A stretch of DNA of 32,000 nt from Candidatus Saccharimonadota bacterium (GTDB taxonomy: Bacteria > Patescibacteriota > Saccharimonadia > Saccharimonadales > UBA4665), in NCBI GenBank assembly GCA_002952755.1, contig CP025011.1, positions 240,001-272,000 on the forward strand. Reading direction: 5' to 3'. The notes beneath the pieces were generated by a model that had not been told where the DNA came from, ran no database searches, and worked only from the letters and a program-made list of their open reading frames with translations. Both the position numbers and the translations under genes were made by a program. Positions 23,097 through 31,865 of this stretch are shown here, piece after piece; within the stretch, counting starts at the first letter, position 1, and the number at the start of each line of letters is the position of its first letter.

Positions 23097-25049
23097 ATGA
23101 TTATTAAGCTTGTCGCATCGAAAAGTAAACGTGTAATGCTTGCACTTAGTGCAATATGCGCCGTAGTGGCTTTGGCTGTGGGCGCAGCGCTGCCCGCGCT
23201 TGCTGCTTCGGCTCAGACTAGTCTGGCAGGCAATTTTGCTGCAGCCGCTCAAGAGTTTGGCGTGCCGCAGAGCATACTATTGGCTGTTTCGTATAATGAG
23301 TCGCACTGGCAGTCGAATGCCGGCATGAGCTCTGACGGTGGCTATGGCATCATGGATTTGCGTACCTATGCTTCAACGGCTGTAAGCGGCCGCGACGGAG
23401 ACACTGTCTCTGTTCCAAGGCAGCAGGCGAACCATTACACGCTTGATGAGGCCGCGAGTTTGCTCGGCGTTTCTAAAGACACAGTAAAGACAAACGAGCA
23501 GCAAAACATTCGCGGCGGTGCAGCGGTTTTAGCGCAAGAAGCACGTCAGCTCAATGGTGGAAAACTGCCTACATCGGTAAATGACTGGTATAGCACTGTC
23601 GCACAGTACAGCGGCGCTACAACTAACAGCGGCGCTACTAATTTTGCTGACGATGTTTACGCCAGTATTGGTAGTGGTACGTCGCTAACAACACCCAGCG
23701 GGCAAGCCATGAACCTGCAGGCTGTCCCGGGTTTGCACCCCAACAAGACTATCAGTGCGCTTGGCCTCAAAAGTGTTTCTCTAAACGCTCACAATGTGCT
23801 GGGTAGTAATCCTGAATGTCCATCAACGGTGCATTGCCGTTTTATCCCCGCTGCCTATGCGCAGAATGATCCCAACGACCCAACTAATTATGGTAACTAC
23901 GATCCAGCTAACCGGCCTCACGACATGCAGATCCGGTATATCTTTATCCATGACGGCGAAGGTAGTTACGACAGCATAATCAACCACTTCCAGGATCCAA
24001 CGGCGCTCGACAGTGCACAATATGTCATTTCAACCCAAGGGGATATTACTCAGATGGTCTTGAACGAGCATGTTTCTTGGGGCGTGGGCAACTGGAACAT
24101 GAATATGCACGGCATTAACATTGAACACGAAGGGTTTGCTGCCCAAGGTGCAAGTTGGTACACTCCTGCAATGTACCAGCAATCCGCGACACTGGTGCGC
24201 TGGCTGGCGAACAAGTACCATATCCCGCTCGACCGTCAACATATTTTAGGGCACGATAGCGTAATGCGCCTATCTGCCACTAAGCAAGCTGCACAGCATT
24301 GGGACCCAGGCCCTTACTGGGATTGGAATTACTTTATGGATCTCGTAAAAGGTGATACCCCTCCCGAAGTTACGCCCGACATAGCCTACCCCTTGCAACA
24401 AGGTGATGTCGTAAAGATCGCGCCGCATTTTGCAACTAACCAGCCCGTGGTCACCGATTGCCAAACCGGCACTTGCATTACGCTGCCTAAGCAGGGAACG
24501 AATTTTGCGTACCTGCATGCCTGGCCCAACAGCAATGCCCCACTGCTAAGTGACCCCTACCTGCACACTGATGGCTCGGCGGGGACGACTCAGGATAATG
24601 ATTGGGGCGACAAAGCGTCAAGCGAAGAAAAGTATGTAGTTGCCGCCGTGCAAGGCGACTGGGTAGGAATATGGTATGCAGGCCAGATTGGGTGGTTCAA
24701 CAATCCGTTTGGTGCTCATCGGGTTGCTAACCTGAGTTCTAGCGCCACTGTCACACCGCGGGCGGGCCGTAGCTCCATCCCCGTATACACGAGCGCCTAT
24801 CCCGAAGCCTCGGCTTATCCAGCGGCTATACCCGTGCGACTTCAGAATACGCCCTACACTATGACGGCTGGCCAGAAATACACCGTAGACGCTAAAAGCG
24901 TTGGCAGCGACTATTACTACGATGCGACCGCTAATTACAGCTTGCCAGATGACCACATGATCGTCGTCGGCAAGCAACGCTACTACGAGATTACCTTCAA
25001 TCACCACGCCGGATTTGTAAAAGTTGAAGATGTAACATTGAGGCAGTAG
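23097..25049 (+). CDS. Secreted multidomain peptidoglycan hydrolase B (paralog of 14866..16893)
   Basis: Collinear with hydrolase A over the full length: AVSYNESHW...GGYGIMDL, IRYIFIHDGEGSYDSIINHF, WGVGNWNMNMHGINIEHEGF, HILGHDS, HWDPGPYWDW, GDWVGIWYAGQIGWF, YYEITFNHHAGFVKVEDV. Signal peptide present. SD AAAGGAAG; starts 29 nt after the M15 gene. Confidence 0.85.
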   Translation: MIIKLVASKSKRVMLALSAICAVVALAVGAALPALAASAQTSLAGNFAAAAQEFGVPQSILLAVSYNESHWQSNAGMSSDGGYGIMDLRTYASTAVSGRDGDTVSVPRQQANHYTLDEAASLLGVSKDTVKTNEQQNIRGGAAVLAQEARQLNGGKLPTSVNDWYSTVAQYSGATTNSGATNFADDVYASIGSGTSLTTPSGQAMNLQAVPGLHPNKTISALGLKSVSLNAHNVLGSNPECPSTVHCRFIPAAYAQNDPNDPTNYGNYDPANRPHDMQIRYIFIHDGEGSYDSIINHFQDPTALDSAQYVISTQGDITQMVLNEHVSWGVGNWNMNMHGINIEHEGFAAQGASWYTPAMYQQSATLVRWLANKYHIPLDRQHILGHDSVMRLSATKQAAQHWDPGPYWDWNYFMDLVKGDTPPEVTPDIAYPLQQGDVVKIAPHFATNQPVVTDCQTGTCITLPKQGTNFAYLHAWPNSNAPLLSDPYLHTDGSAGTTQDNDWGDKASSEEKYVVAAVQGDWVGIWYAGQIGWFNNPFGAHRVANLSSSATVTPRAGRSSIPVYTSAYPEASAYPAAIPVRLQNTPYTMTAGQKYTVDAKSVGSDYYYDATANYSLPDDHMIVVGKQRYYEITFNHHAGFVKVEDVTLRQ

Positions 25050-25091
25050 TTGCCCTAGCGGCTGGAGTTTTTCAGATTACGAACCTGGCTA

Positions 25092-25748
25092 TCACTTCGA
25101 CTTATTAGGAATCACCAGAGGTTCCTCGGGGCGTAAGTGATAATTCAGGAAGCGTGCTAGTAAGATGACGCCGCCAATACCGAAGTGTATAACATTGGTA
25201 TCAAAAGTTGTCGGCGCACGACTATAGCTACGAAGTAGATACCTGATCATTATATGTAGTTCATCTAGGTTAATGTAGACACTGCCCTCCAAGCCAGCTT
25301 CAAGTGCTGCTGCTTCATCGAAGAAAACAGTATGGTCAAAGACAAATGGTTCATTTCCGATGTTGTGGCGGCGCACTTCTTCTCTGCTATTTTGGCTAAG
25401 TTTGTAGAGAGCCCCCCATGCTCGTGTGACGGAACTCATCCTACCTTGAGTTAGCTTAAGTTCTTTTGTAGCGAACGAGTGTAGATCATGGAGATCCGCT
25501 ACCGGTACATTGTCGATTTTCTTTAGCTCGGGTTTTTCGCTTTGAGCGTGTGCACCTTCGAGCGTTTCGTTTTGATATGCATCGTAGGCGGCCCTAACTA
25601 CCGTGCAAGCTTCAAATCCTAACCTGTAGGCATCGTCAGGCGTGCGCTCTGAATTATCATCTTTCATTGCCTCACGAAAAGGCCTCTCAGCTTCAGCCAG
25701 AACGTACGCTAAATCTGAATCTGTAATTACTCCCGCGTTTAGAATCAA
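25092..25748 (-). CDS. Hypothetical protein (third gene of the orphan operon)
   Basis: 218-aa ORF, TTG start 33 nt after the upstream gene's stop. No recognised motif. Short hydrophobic stretch HFGIGGVILLARFL near the C-terminus. Confidence 0.55.
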   Translation of the reverse strand: MILNAGVITDSDLAYVLAEAERPFREAMKDDNSERTPDDAYRLGFEACTVVRAAYDAYQNETLEGAHAQSEKPELKKIDNVPVADLHDLHSFATKELKLTQGRMSSVTRAWGALYKLSQNSREEVRRHNIGNEPFVFDHTVFFDEAAALEAGLEGSVYINLDELHIMIRYLLRSYSRAPTTFDTNVIHFGIGGVILLARFLNYHLRPEEPLVIPNKSK

Positions 25749-25781
25749 GCTCCATAATAGCAGCCGCCCTTCTTTAAAGCC

Positions 25782-26456
25782 TCATGACTCCAGAAGCGGT
25801 GTGCTTGCATGGGTGAATATATTGCGCCAAGCTTGTTCGAAACGGAGGAGCTTTGAGTCGAACTCTGGCTCGTATACATCGATACCACCAAAGCTGATTT
25901 CAGATGATTCCGCATCTTTGTTATAGCTCATAAGGCCAAGGGCAAGTGGTTCGATGTTGGACTGCTCTATGCCTCCTGGTGGGAGGACGTCCCAAAAGCC
26001 AACCTTTGGAACGCCGTTTTCTATGCCTTCGAAGTAGGCGTTCGAGAGTTGGTTGGCAGGTCCAGCCCAAACTCTAAGCTTCAAAGCTATGTCGCCCAAT
26101 CGGGCCACGCGCACGTCTTCCTCAACTCCCGCGAATACGCGTTTTTGCCAGTCTAGCAATGGGTCTTTCTGTCCCGTTTGCCCCGGCACTACCAGGAGCC
26201 GTGCGGTGTTTTGAAAATTGGCGGCAAATTTTTTATAGTCCGCTGTAACTGTCGATTGTGCATCGCCGCCAAGAGGAACATCCCCGGGATATATATCCGG
26301 GAAGCTTTGAACATACAGCGCTTTGCTTCCTGTCGGTAGCGTTAGCTTACCGCCAAGCAGATAGTCATCTTTGAAGCCGTCAAAATTTCGGTAACGAGCT
26401 GAGGGTTGTGGCAGTCTTGGCCCGGATGAGAATTTCATAGCCGTTACTATGAACAT
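25782..26456 (-). CDS. Hypothetical protein (second gene of the orphan operon)
   Basis: 224-aa ORF, no signal peptide or TM segment, no recognised motif. Composition typical of a soluble protein. Confidence 0.55.
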   Translation of the reverse strand: MFIVTAMKFSSGPRLPQPSARYRNFDGFKDDYLLGGKLTLPTGSKALYVQSFPDIYPGDVPLGGDAQSTVTADYKKFAANFQNTARLLVVPGQTGQKDPLLDWQKRVFAGVEEDVRVARLGDIALKLRVWAGPANQLSNAYFEGIENGVPKVGFWDVLPPGGIEQSNIEPLALGLMSYNKDAESSEISFGGIDVYEPEFDSKLLRFEQAWRNIFTHASTPLLES

Positions 26457-26571
26457 TCCGTCTTCGGATGTCTATTGTTTTTTTGGATGACATGTAGCGA
26501 GATTTTGGAGGCTCCCGGAACCCCGTGTTTTATGTTTCGTATTTCAACTCCCCAACCTGAGGTTATTGGGG

Positions 26572-27585
26572 CTATGAACTTGCGAATTGCATGGCCAGGC
26601 TTGCTAATCGTGTCACTTCCACATCGGCGGTGGCCTTGGCTAGGTGCTGTACATCCTCGGTTTGCCCCTCCAGATTAGGCGTTAGGCCCCTTACTAACCC
26701 GTTCAATACCCTGACCGAGCCGTCCTGGCGCACGACATAATCGAATGTAAGGTAGTTTTGACGGCCATATTTTGCTGCAAATGCGCTTTCAACTAACGCA
26801 TGGAGTACTGCGAGCTGAGGAAGTCTATGAAATACAAGTTCGGGCTCGGCGAGCTTTAATTGGGATGCAAATTGTTTACCTATGTCGCTATGAGGGTCAG
26901 TTAGGCGTAGCTCAACTGCGGGTACTTGGCTTAGCGGTAGCCACAATGGACTGAAGACACGTAGCGCGTGCAGATAGTCAACGTTTGAGTCCGGAATGTC
27001 TACGGTGAGGCCAAGTTGATCTATTAATTCCTGTGCGTTTATAAGCGGTTCGGGCCGCTGCCAAATAGCAGTACTAACAGGGGACTCTTTAGTTTGCTCA
27101 CCAAAGTCCGCTGTTTTTATAAGTTGCGCCCGCGCTCCCGGGGCTTCGCTAACGTCGCTAATTTTGTTTGGTTTTATAAAAATAAGTTCATCGGCCTCCG
27201 GATCTTTGAGGTCGGAGATAGGTCTGGTTTCGATGCCATATTCTCCAAGTCCCAGCTCGCTCAGAGCAGTCGCAAAGCCTTGGCGTGTGGCGAGTTCGGT
27301 ACGTGCGGTAGCCGAGTTGTATCCATGGCCGGGTGTATATGCAGATGGGTCTCCGTCTGGCCAAGCTATATCCCGTAGACGCCAGGCATAGTGGCCTGGT
27401 TCTAAGTCTAAAGAGCGAATACGGCCTGACGTATCATATGTATCTGGATCGCCGGCATCTACAAGAAATGTCCGGATATCCCCAGTCGCTAACGCAGCCG
27501 ATAGGTATGTCTGACGTGTTACTAATTGATTAGGTAACGGTGCACGACCTTCGATGACAACTGTCGGCTGAAACACTTCGGCCAT
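26572..27585 (-). CDS. Hypothetical protein (first gene of the orphan operon)
   Basis: 337-aa ORF with GGGGA SD 3-4 nt upstream of the ATG. No signal peptide or TM segment, no recognised catalytic or nucleotide-binding motif. Confidence 0.6.
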   Translation of the reverse strand: MAEVFQPTVVIEGRAPLPNQLVTRQTYLSAALATGDIRTFLVDAGDPDTYDTSGRIRSLDLEPGHYAWRLRDIAWPDGDPSAYTPGHGYNSATARTELATRQGFATALSELGLGEYGIETRPISDLKDPEADELIFIKPNKISDVSEAPGARAQLIKTADFGEQTKESPVSTAIWQRPEPLINAQELIDQLGLTVDIPDSNVDYLHALRVFSPLWLPLSQVPAVELRLTDPHSDIGKQFASQLKLAEPELVFHRLPQLAVLHALVESAFAAKYGRQNYLTFDYVVRQDGSVRVLNGLVRGLTPNLEGQTEDVQHLAKATADVEVTRLASLAMQFASS

Positions 27586-27610
27586 TGTTCCCCTTTTTTG
27601 GAATTTTACT

Positions 27611-27640
27611 GGCGCTCCTACGAAAATCCATAGGAGCGCC
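27611..27640. promoter_or_regulatory. Perfect 10-bp hairpin between the M15-B stop and the orphan-operon start
   Basis: ggcgctccta-cgaaaatcca-taggagcgcc. The T-run is on the + strand only, so on the coding (minus) strand it acts as a U-less terminator or a 5'-leader structure. A minus-strand TATACT lies upstream of it. Confidence 0.5.
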
Positions 27641-27683
27641 TTATTTTAAGATGTTAGTCCTTTAGTATAATTTAGCCGAGGTA

Positions 27684-28664
27684 CTAATGTCCATCGACAG
27701 ACCAGTGAGGATGGTCGCTGGCGAGCTTATACACGTTGTAGCTGGCTCCTACGGCCCAGAGGTCGGAGTTAGTAGCGCCGCTGCGTGGCGCTTTGATTTC
27801 GACCTGTTTGCCGTTGCCGTCGGTAATTGTCATCGTTCCCGACCAAGAAATGTTCATATCGATTGCTAGGCCTTGCGTATGATTAGAAGTAAGTGATGGC
27901 TCGTGCACTATCTGGTAGTCCTTGACCATATCCGCAGCTGCTTTTTTCGATGCAGCATGGTCGACGGAGCCATTAGACGTGGTGTGCACCCAGCACACTG
28001 CAACATCGGAGCGGAGTGGTACGTCTGTCGGGTCCATGTTCTTTCTGGCTATTTCGTATGCGTAGTGCATAAGGTAGGCGCGCTGCGGTGGGCGGTATGT
28101 TGCCGAAATGCTCACCGAAGCGCCGGCATTTTGCAATGCACCTATGAAGTTGTTGGCGTTGGTTCGGAACGGGTCGACTAAGTCGCTCGTTGAGGTGCTG
28201 GTTGGGAACTGGCTAACCCAGGAGGAACCGCTTAGCGTGGTGTTGGGTTGGCAAGGACCGGGAGTGATCTCGGCGGTTATAGTGGCGGTTTCATCGCCAT
28301 CATAGCCGTTGACACAGCCATATACATTGTCGTTATCTGGTGTTACGAATGTTGGAAACGTCACCGTAGGCGAGTCCACCTGTACAGTTTGGTCGAATAC
28401 GTTCCCCGTGTCGTAGACATGCAGTGTTTCGCCTTCGGTTGCGTCATCTGGATCGTCGATGTCGTTGTAGGCAACGGTGAGTTTGACCTTAGAGTAACGG
28501 CCGAGCGGATTTGCGTTTATAGCCGTCGGCGAGCTGCAGTCGCTGCTAACAGTGACGGTTGTTGTCACCGGTTGCGGCGTGCTAGCAAAAACCGGCACTG
28601 ACGTGAGTAAAGGACTCGCACTGACGATGCTGGCAGTCGCAATTAGTAGTTTTTTAAATTTCAT
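27684..28664 (-). CDS. Secreted LAS-family (M15, VanY-like) metallopeptidase B with an N-terminal beta-rich domain
   Basis: ATG at 28664 is preceded by AGGGGGG. Signal peptide MKFKKLLIATASIVSASPLLTSVPVFAS. SATYRPPQRAYL (S-x-x-R...Q..L), SNHTQGLAID (H-x6-D), and C-terminal DHPHWS. Confidence 0.8.
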   Translation of the reverse strand: MKFKKLLIATASIVSASPLLTSVPVFASTPQPVTTTVTVSSDCSSPTAINANPLGRYSKVKLTVAYNDIDDPDDATEGETLHVYDTGNVFDQTVQVDSPTVTFPTFVTPDNDNVYGCVNGYDGDETATITAEITPGPCQPNTTLSGSSWVSQFPTSTSTSDLVDPFRTNANNFIGALQNAGASVSISATYRPPQRAYLMHYAYEIARKNMDPTDVPLRSDVAVCWVHTTSNGSVDHAASKKAAADMVKDYQIVHEPSLTSNHTQGLAIDMNISWSGTMTITDGNGKQVEIKAPRSGATNSDLWAVGASYNVYKLASDHPHWSVDGH

Positions 28665-28849
28665 ATGCCCCCCTACTACTATTTTTATATCAACCTGCAT
28701 GGTACCACACTCAAAGGTTAGTGCAATATGGTGTATCATAATTCGGGCACAAAACTGTAAGAAAAGTCACTCTTACAACAAGAGCTAAACGCTACACTTA
28801 ATTGCCAATTTGCAGCTATTACTATTTTTACTACTTAGGGGGCAAGAAA

Positions 28850-29908
28850 ATGACTACTGGCTATATAACTCCTGGCGAGCAATCTCGAATACGTGAAGCT
28901 GATGTACCGGATTTTGTACACGAAGAGTGGGACATTGTTGTGGGTGACGTTATGGAAAGGCCGAGCCACACTGGCAGGGTATTTACCATGAGGAGTATGG
29001 CTACGCGAGGGGTCGTATTCGGTGATAACGCAGTAGAAGCTGAAATTGCCGAGGGGGAAGATCTGGTATTTAAGGCATTTCCCAATAAAGTCCCGGCCAG
29101 CCGATTATATTTGGCGGATGCATTAAGCGATGTCCTAAATGCTGCCGACATACACGTCGATGGAGATCCAGAGCGCATTAAGGTGCAGAAGTACTTATCT
29201 ACAATCGTTTCGAGCGACGCGGTGGCATGGCATGGAAATAACCCCACAATTTTAGCCCGCCTCATCCCTGGCGAAAAACTGTCCGGCGATGCTTCGCCCT
29301 TAGAGTTTGACCGTTTGGCAGAGATGCACGCCAAAGTGCACAATCATTTCCAAGATCCCAAGCTTCTAAGGGCAGTTGGGGACGACGAAAGCCTAAAGAT
29401 TACCAATACAGACGGGTACATGGAACGATTTACGCGCCAAACTCCGGAAATAATCGCTCAGATGCCGGAGGCATGGAGGGCTATACTCGATGTCGTTGAT
29501 GAGAACTTTCCGTATTTGCCGCAGGGGGTTGTCCCGGTAAGTATGTGGATGGGCGACGTGCCGTTCCTAGATGGTCGGCCAAGAGGCTTATATGACATTA
29601 ACGAGACAGAACATACATCACCCTTGCTGTGCAAAGGTATGTCTGTCTGGGGTTTGTACGTAGCTACGGGAAGCTTTGAGGCGGTTACGCGATACGCTCA
29701 AGTGTATCAGGAACATCGGGAACTAACGCCGCCCGAAGTTGAGCAGTGGCCCTATCACGTGGTTGCCCGTGCAATTATGTCGTGGCAAGGGGCTAAGCTC
29801 GTAGAGCATTTGACCCCGCCCGGGGAGCGATCAGCAGCCCAACGAGATGAAGAGCGGATCAACACGCTGCATGATCGTTTCAGAGAGTCGGGATTAGTAT
29901 CAGTGTAA
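28850..29908 (+). CDS. APH-fold kinase-like protein, paralog B (catalytic loop substituted)
   Basis: ATG 28850 lies 7 nt after AGGGGG. Aligns with paralog A at the N-terminus (YITPGEQ vs KITPGHH), beta-3 LVFKAFP, hinge ILARLIPGE, GLYDINET, WGLYV and SWQGAKL. Where A has VDLWHSN, B has VSMWMGD (Asp to Ser, Asn to Asp). Confidence 0.65.
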   Translation: MTTGYITPGEQSRIREADVPDFVHEEWDIVVGDVMERPSHTGRVFTMRSMATRGVVFGDNAVEAEIAEGEDLVFKAFPNKVPASRLYLADALSDVLNAADIHVDGDPERIKVQKYLSTIVSSDAVAWHGNNPTILARLIPGEKLSGDASPLEFDRLAEMHAKVHNHFQDPKLLRAVGDDESLKITNTDGYMERFTRQTPEIIAQMPEAWRAILDVVDENFPYLPQGVVPVSMWMGDVPFLDGRPRGLYDINETEHTSPLLCKGMSVWGLYVATGSFEAVTRYAQVYQEHRELTPPEVEQWPYHVVARAIMSWQGAKLVEHLTPPGERSAAQRDEERINTLHDRFRESGLVSV

Positions 29909-29948
29909 TCTCTACCTAGCTTAACTACAGATACGCTATGATTGCTAT

Positions 29949-30386
29949 ATGCATATAGACCCTCGCCTCACCGAAATAGATGACGCCCTCTACCGTATCG
30001 CCACCAGAGTACTTGTTATCAAGGGTAGAAAGGTACTGCTAGTCCGGGAAAAAGATGACGACTGGTGGAGCTTCCCGGGCGGCGGCGTTGATTACGGGGA
30101 AACTATCCGCGATGCCTTGATCCGCGAAGTGGTTGAAGAGTTAGGTGTCGTCAAGGAGCATATTACCGTGGACGAAGCGCCGGCTTTTATCTCCATAGGG
30201 GCAATTGCAAATGGTATCCCGAGATGCAATATCTTTTATCGTGCCAGCGTGCCAGAAGAAGAAATAAAACCCACAGAAGATGTTATTACCCACGCATGGT
30301 ACGGCGTCGATGAGTTTAAAAACCTACGCATGGGGCCGATGGCCGACGACGTTATTATAGAGTTATGCAAGCTGTTTGGGAGTTAG
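29949..30386 (+). CDS. Nudix hydrolase
   Basis: Nudix box GGGVDYGETIRDALIREVVEELGV (G-x5-E-x7-REUxEExGU). Confidence 0.85.
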   Translation: MHIDPRLTEIDDALYRIATRVLVIKGRKVLLVREKDDDWWSFPGGGVDYGETIRDALIREVVEELGVVKEHITVDEAPAFISIGAIANGIPRCNIFYRASVPEEEIKPTEDVITHAWYGVDEFKNLRMGPMADDVIIELCKLFGS

Positions 30387-30451
30387 GCATGAAAATCTGA
30401 GCGCACATCCGGATATCTTTTTGGTATCCTGATAGTAGGAGTTTGCTACTT

Positions 30452-30922
30452 ATGATCAAAGTTGCCGTTCTCTGGATTATAAACGAGCATGACGAGGTAC
30501 TGTTGGCGCAACGCGCACTGCATAAGGCGCAAGATCCGGGCGTGTGGGGACCGGCGGTAACTGGGAAGCTCGAACCGGGCGAAACATTCGACGAAGCACT
30601 GGCGCGCGAGGTAGAAGAAGAGTTATGTCTAAAAACAGCAGATTATACTCCCCGTTTTTTGTTAGAAATAGATTACAGCCATCCCGACGGCGAAGTCCGC
30701 AGATTCGGTATTTACGCTACCACTATTCCTAAAGCAAAAGCGAAGATCATTCGCATAGATATGAATGAAGTTGCCAGGATTCGGTGGTTCACTATGCCCG
30801 ATCTTGTAGAAAAGATGGCTCAGCATGCGAAGGAACTGGTGCCGTCGGCAAATTCGGTCTGGCCGGACACCTTCAAGGCAATGTGGCCTAAAACGCATGA
30901 GATCCTGCGATCCAGTGCATAA
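30452..30922 (+). CDS. Nudix hydrolase (second, tandem)
   Basis: Nudix box GKLEPGETFDEALAREVEEELCL. ATG 30452 is preceded by AGGAG (the ORF-track TTG at 30443 is less likely). Confidence 0.85.
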   Translation: MIKVAVLWIINEHDEVLLAQRALHKAQDPGVWGPAVTGKLEPGETFDEALAREVEEELCLKTADYTPRFLLEIDYSHPDGEVRRFGIYATTIPKAKAKIIRIDMNEVARIRWFTMPDLVEKMAQHAKELVPSANSVWPDTFKAMWPKTHEILRSSA

Positions 30923-30992
30923 TCTGTACAACCGGAAGGAAATACTATCTAGTGCGTCTGTTGGAGTAAAGTAAACGGCTGTTCTAGCGAGT

Positions 30993-31508
30993 CTAAGAAC
31001 TGGTCTCCTTGGTGAATGTAATCTCGTCGTACCTGGGAGTATGCCATTTTACGAAGCGAAAGGTACCCCGATGCCGCGTGGTCCGCGTGCCAGTTTTAAT
31101 CACCTGCCGTATACTAAGCCGGCCAATAGTAGAGAGCGTGATCTCCTTTTTAGATTCAGGGAATCTTGCCAGAATTGTATCTCGCAACGCATACCGGTCG
31201 GGCTCTTTGAGTGGTTCCAGCTCGTCGAGCAAACCTGTCGCTATGCCGCGTTCATCTTCAGAGAAAGGGAGATCGAACCGAGTTTTTAGCTCTTTCTGTT
31301 CTTTGGTGTGCCAAGTAAGTATGGGTTCGATTTCTGTAGCATCAAGTCCCACCTCTAGGGAGCTAATGCCATGCGCCAAACGCCCAGGAAGTAACAAGCC
31401 TGGGTAATAGTCAACGCCCTCCGATTCGGCAGCCATTATACGCAGGTCCACTACGGACACACCTAATCGGGACTCGATCCCAGCAAGAGCGTTTTCTATA
31501 TCAGACAT
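30993..31508 (-). CDS. Hypothetical protein
   Basis: 171-aa ORF with balanced soluble-protein composition. The overlapping + strand ORF 31009..31407 is Ser/Arg/Cys-rich and judged a shadow. No motif recognised. Confidence 0.5.
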   Translation of the reverse strand: MSDIENALAGIESRLGVSVVDLRIMAAESEGVDYYPGLLLPGRLAHGISSLEVGLDATEIEPILTWHTKEQKELKTRFDLPFSEDERGIATGLLDELEPLKEPDRYALRDTILARFPESKKEITLSTIGRLSIRQVIKTGTRTTRHRGTFRFVKWHTPRYDEITFTKETSS

Positions 31509-31822
31509 GTATTCGAGATGATAGTAGAATATTTGCCGCTACGCAATCTTATTTTAATGAGTAGACGCTCGGTCATCGCTCTTGCTTCGAGGAATTTCGC
31601 TCCCACAGCTATTGGCTTAGTGGTGTCGAGCTGCAGCTGAACTCTTTCGCCCGCTAAAGATTGAGATGATCAATAGCTAGCCCGATGCCGGTAACTAGCT
31701 GATTAGCAGCAAATGCGCTTGACCGCTCCTAGCGGAAAGGCATCTGCGCACTCACCAAGAGTCAAACGTTGTGCACCAGACCGGCCTTAGTGGGCGAGCT
31801 ACATAGATGTCAAGGAAGACGG

Positions 31823-31865
31823 TTGACATATACTATATATGGTGTCATAATTATACTATATGTCA
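31823..31865 (+). promoter_or_regulatory. Sigma-70-like promoter overlapped by a 14-bp inverted repeat
   Basis: TTGACA (31823-31828), 17 nt, CATAAT (31846-31851). Inverted-repeat arms tgacatatactata (31824-31837) and tatactatatgtca (31852-31865), 13/14 complementary. Confidence 0.45.

Noticed and set aside
28861-29343. 160-aa minus-strand ORF inside kinase-like gene B, and similarly 31009..31407 (+) inside the 171-aa gene and 1509..1853 (-) inside the 160-aa gene
   Set aside because: These are shadow ORFs. The opposite-strand product either has a paralog in the window (kinase-like B) or a far more protein-like composition and a plausible SD or start.
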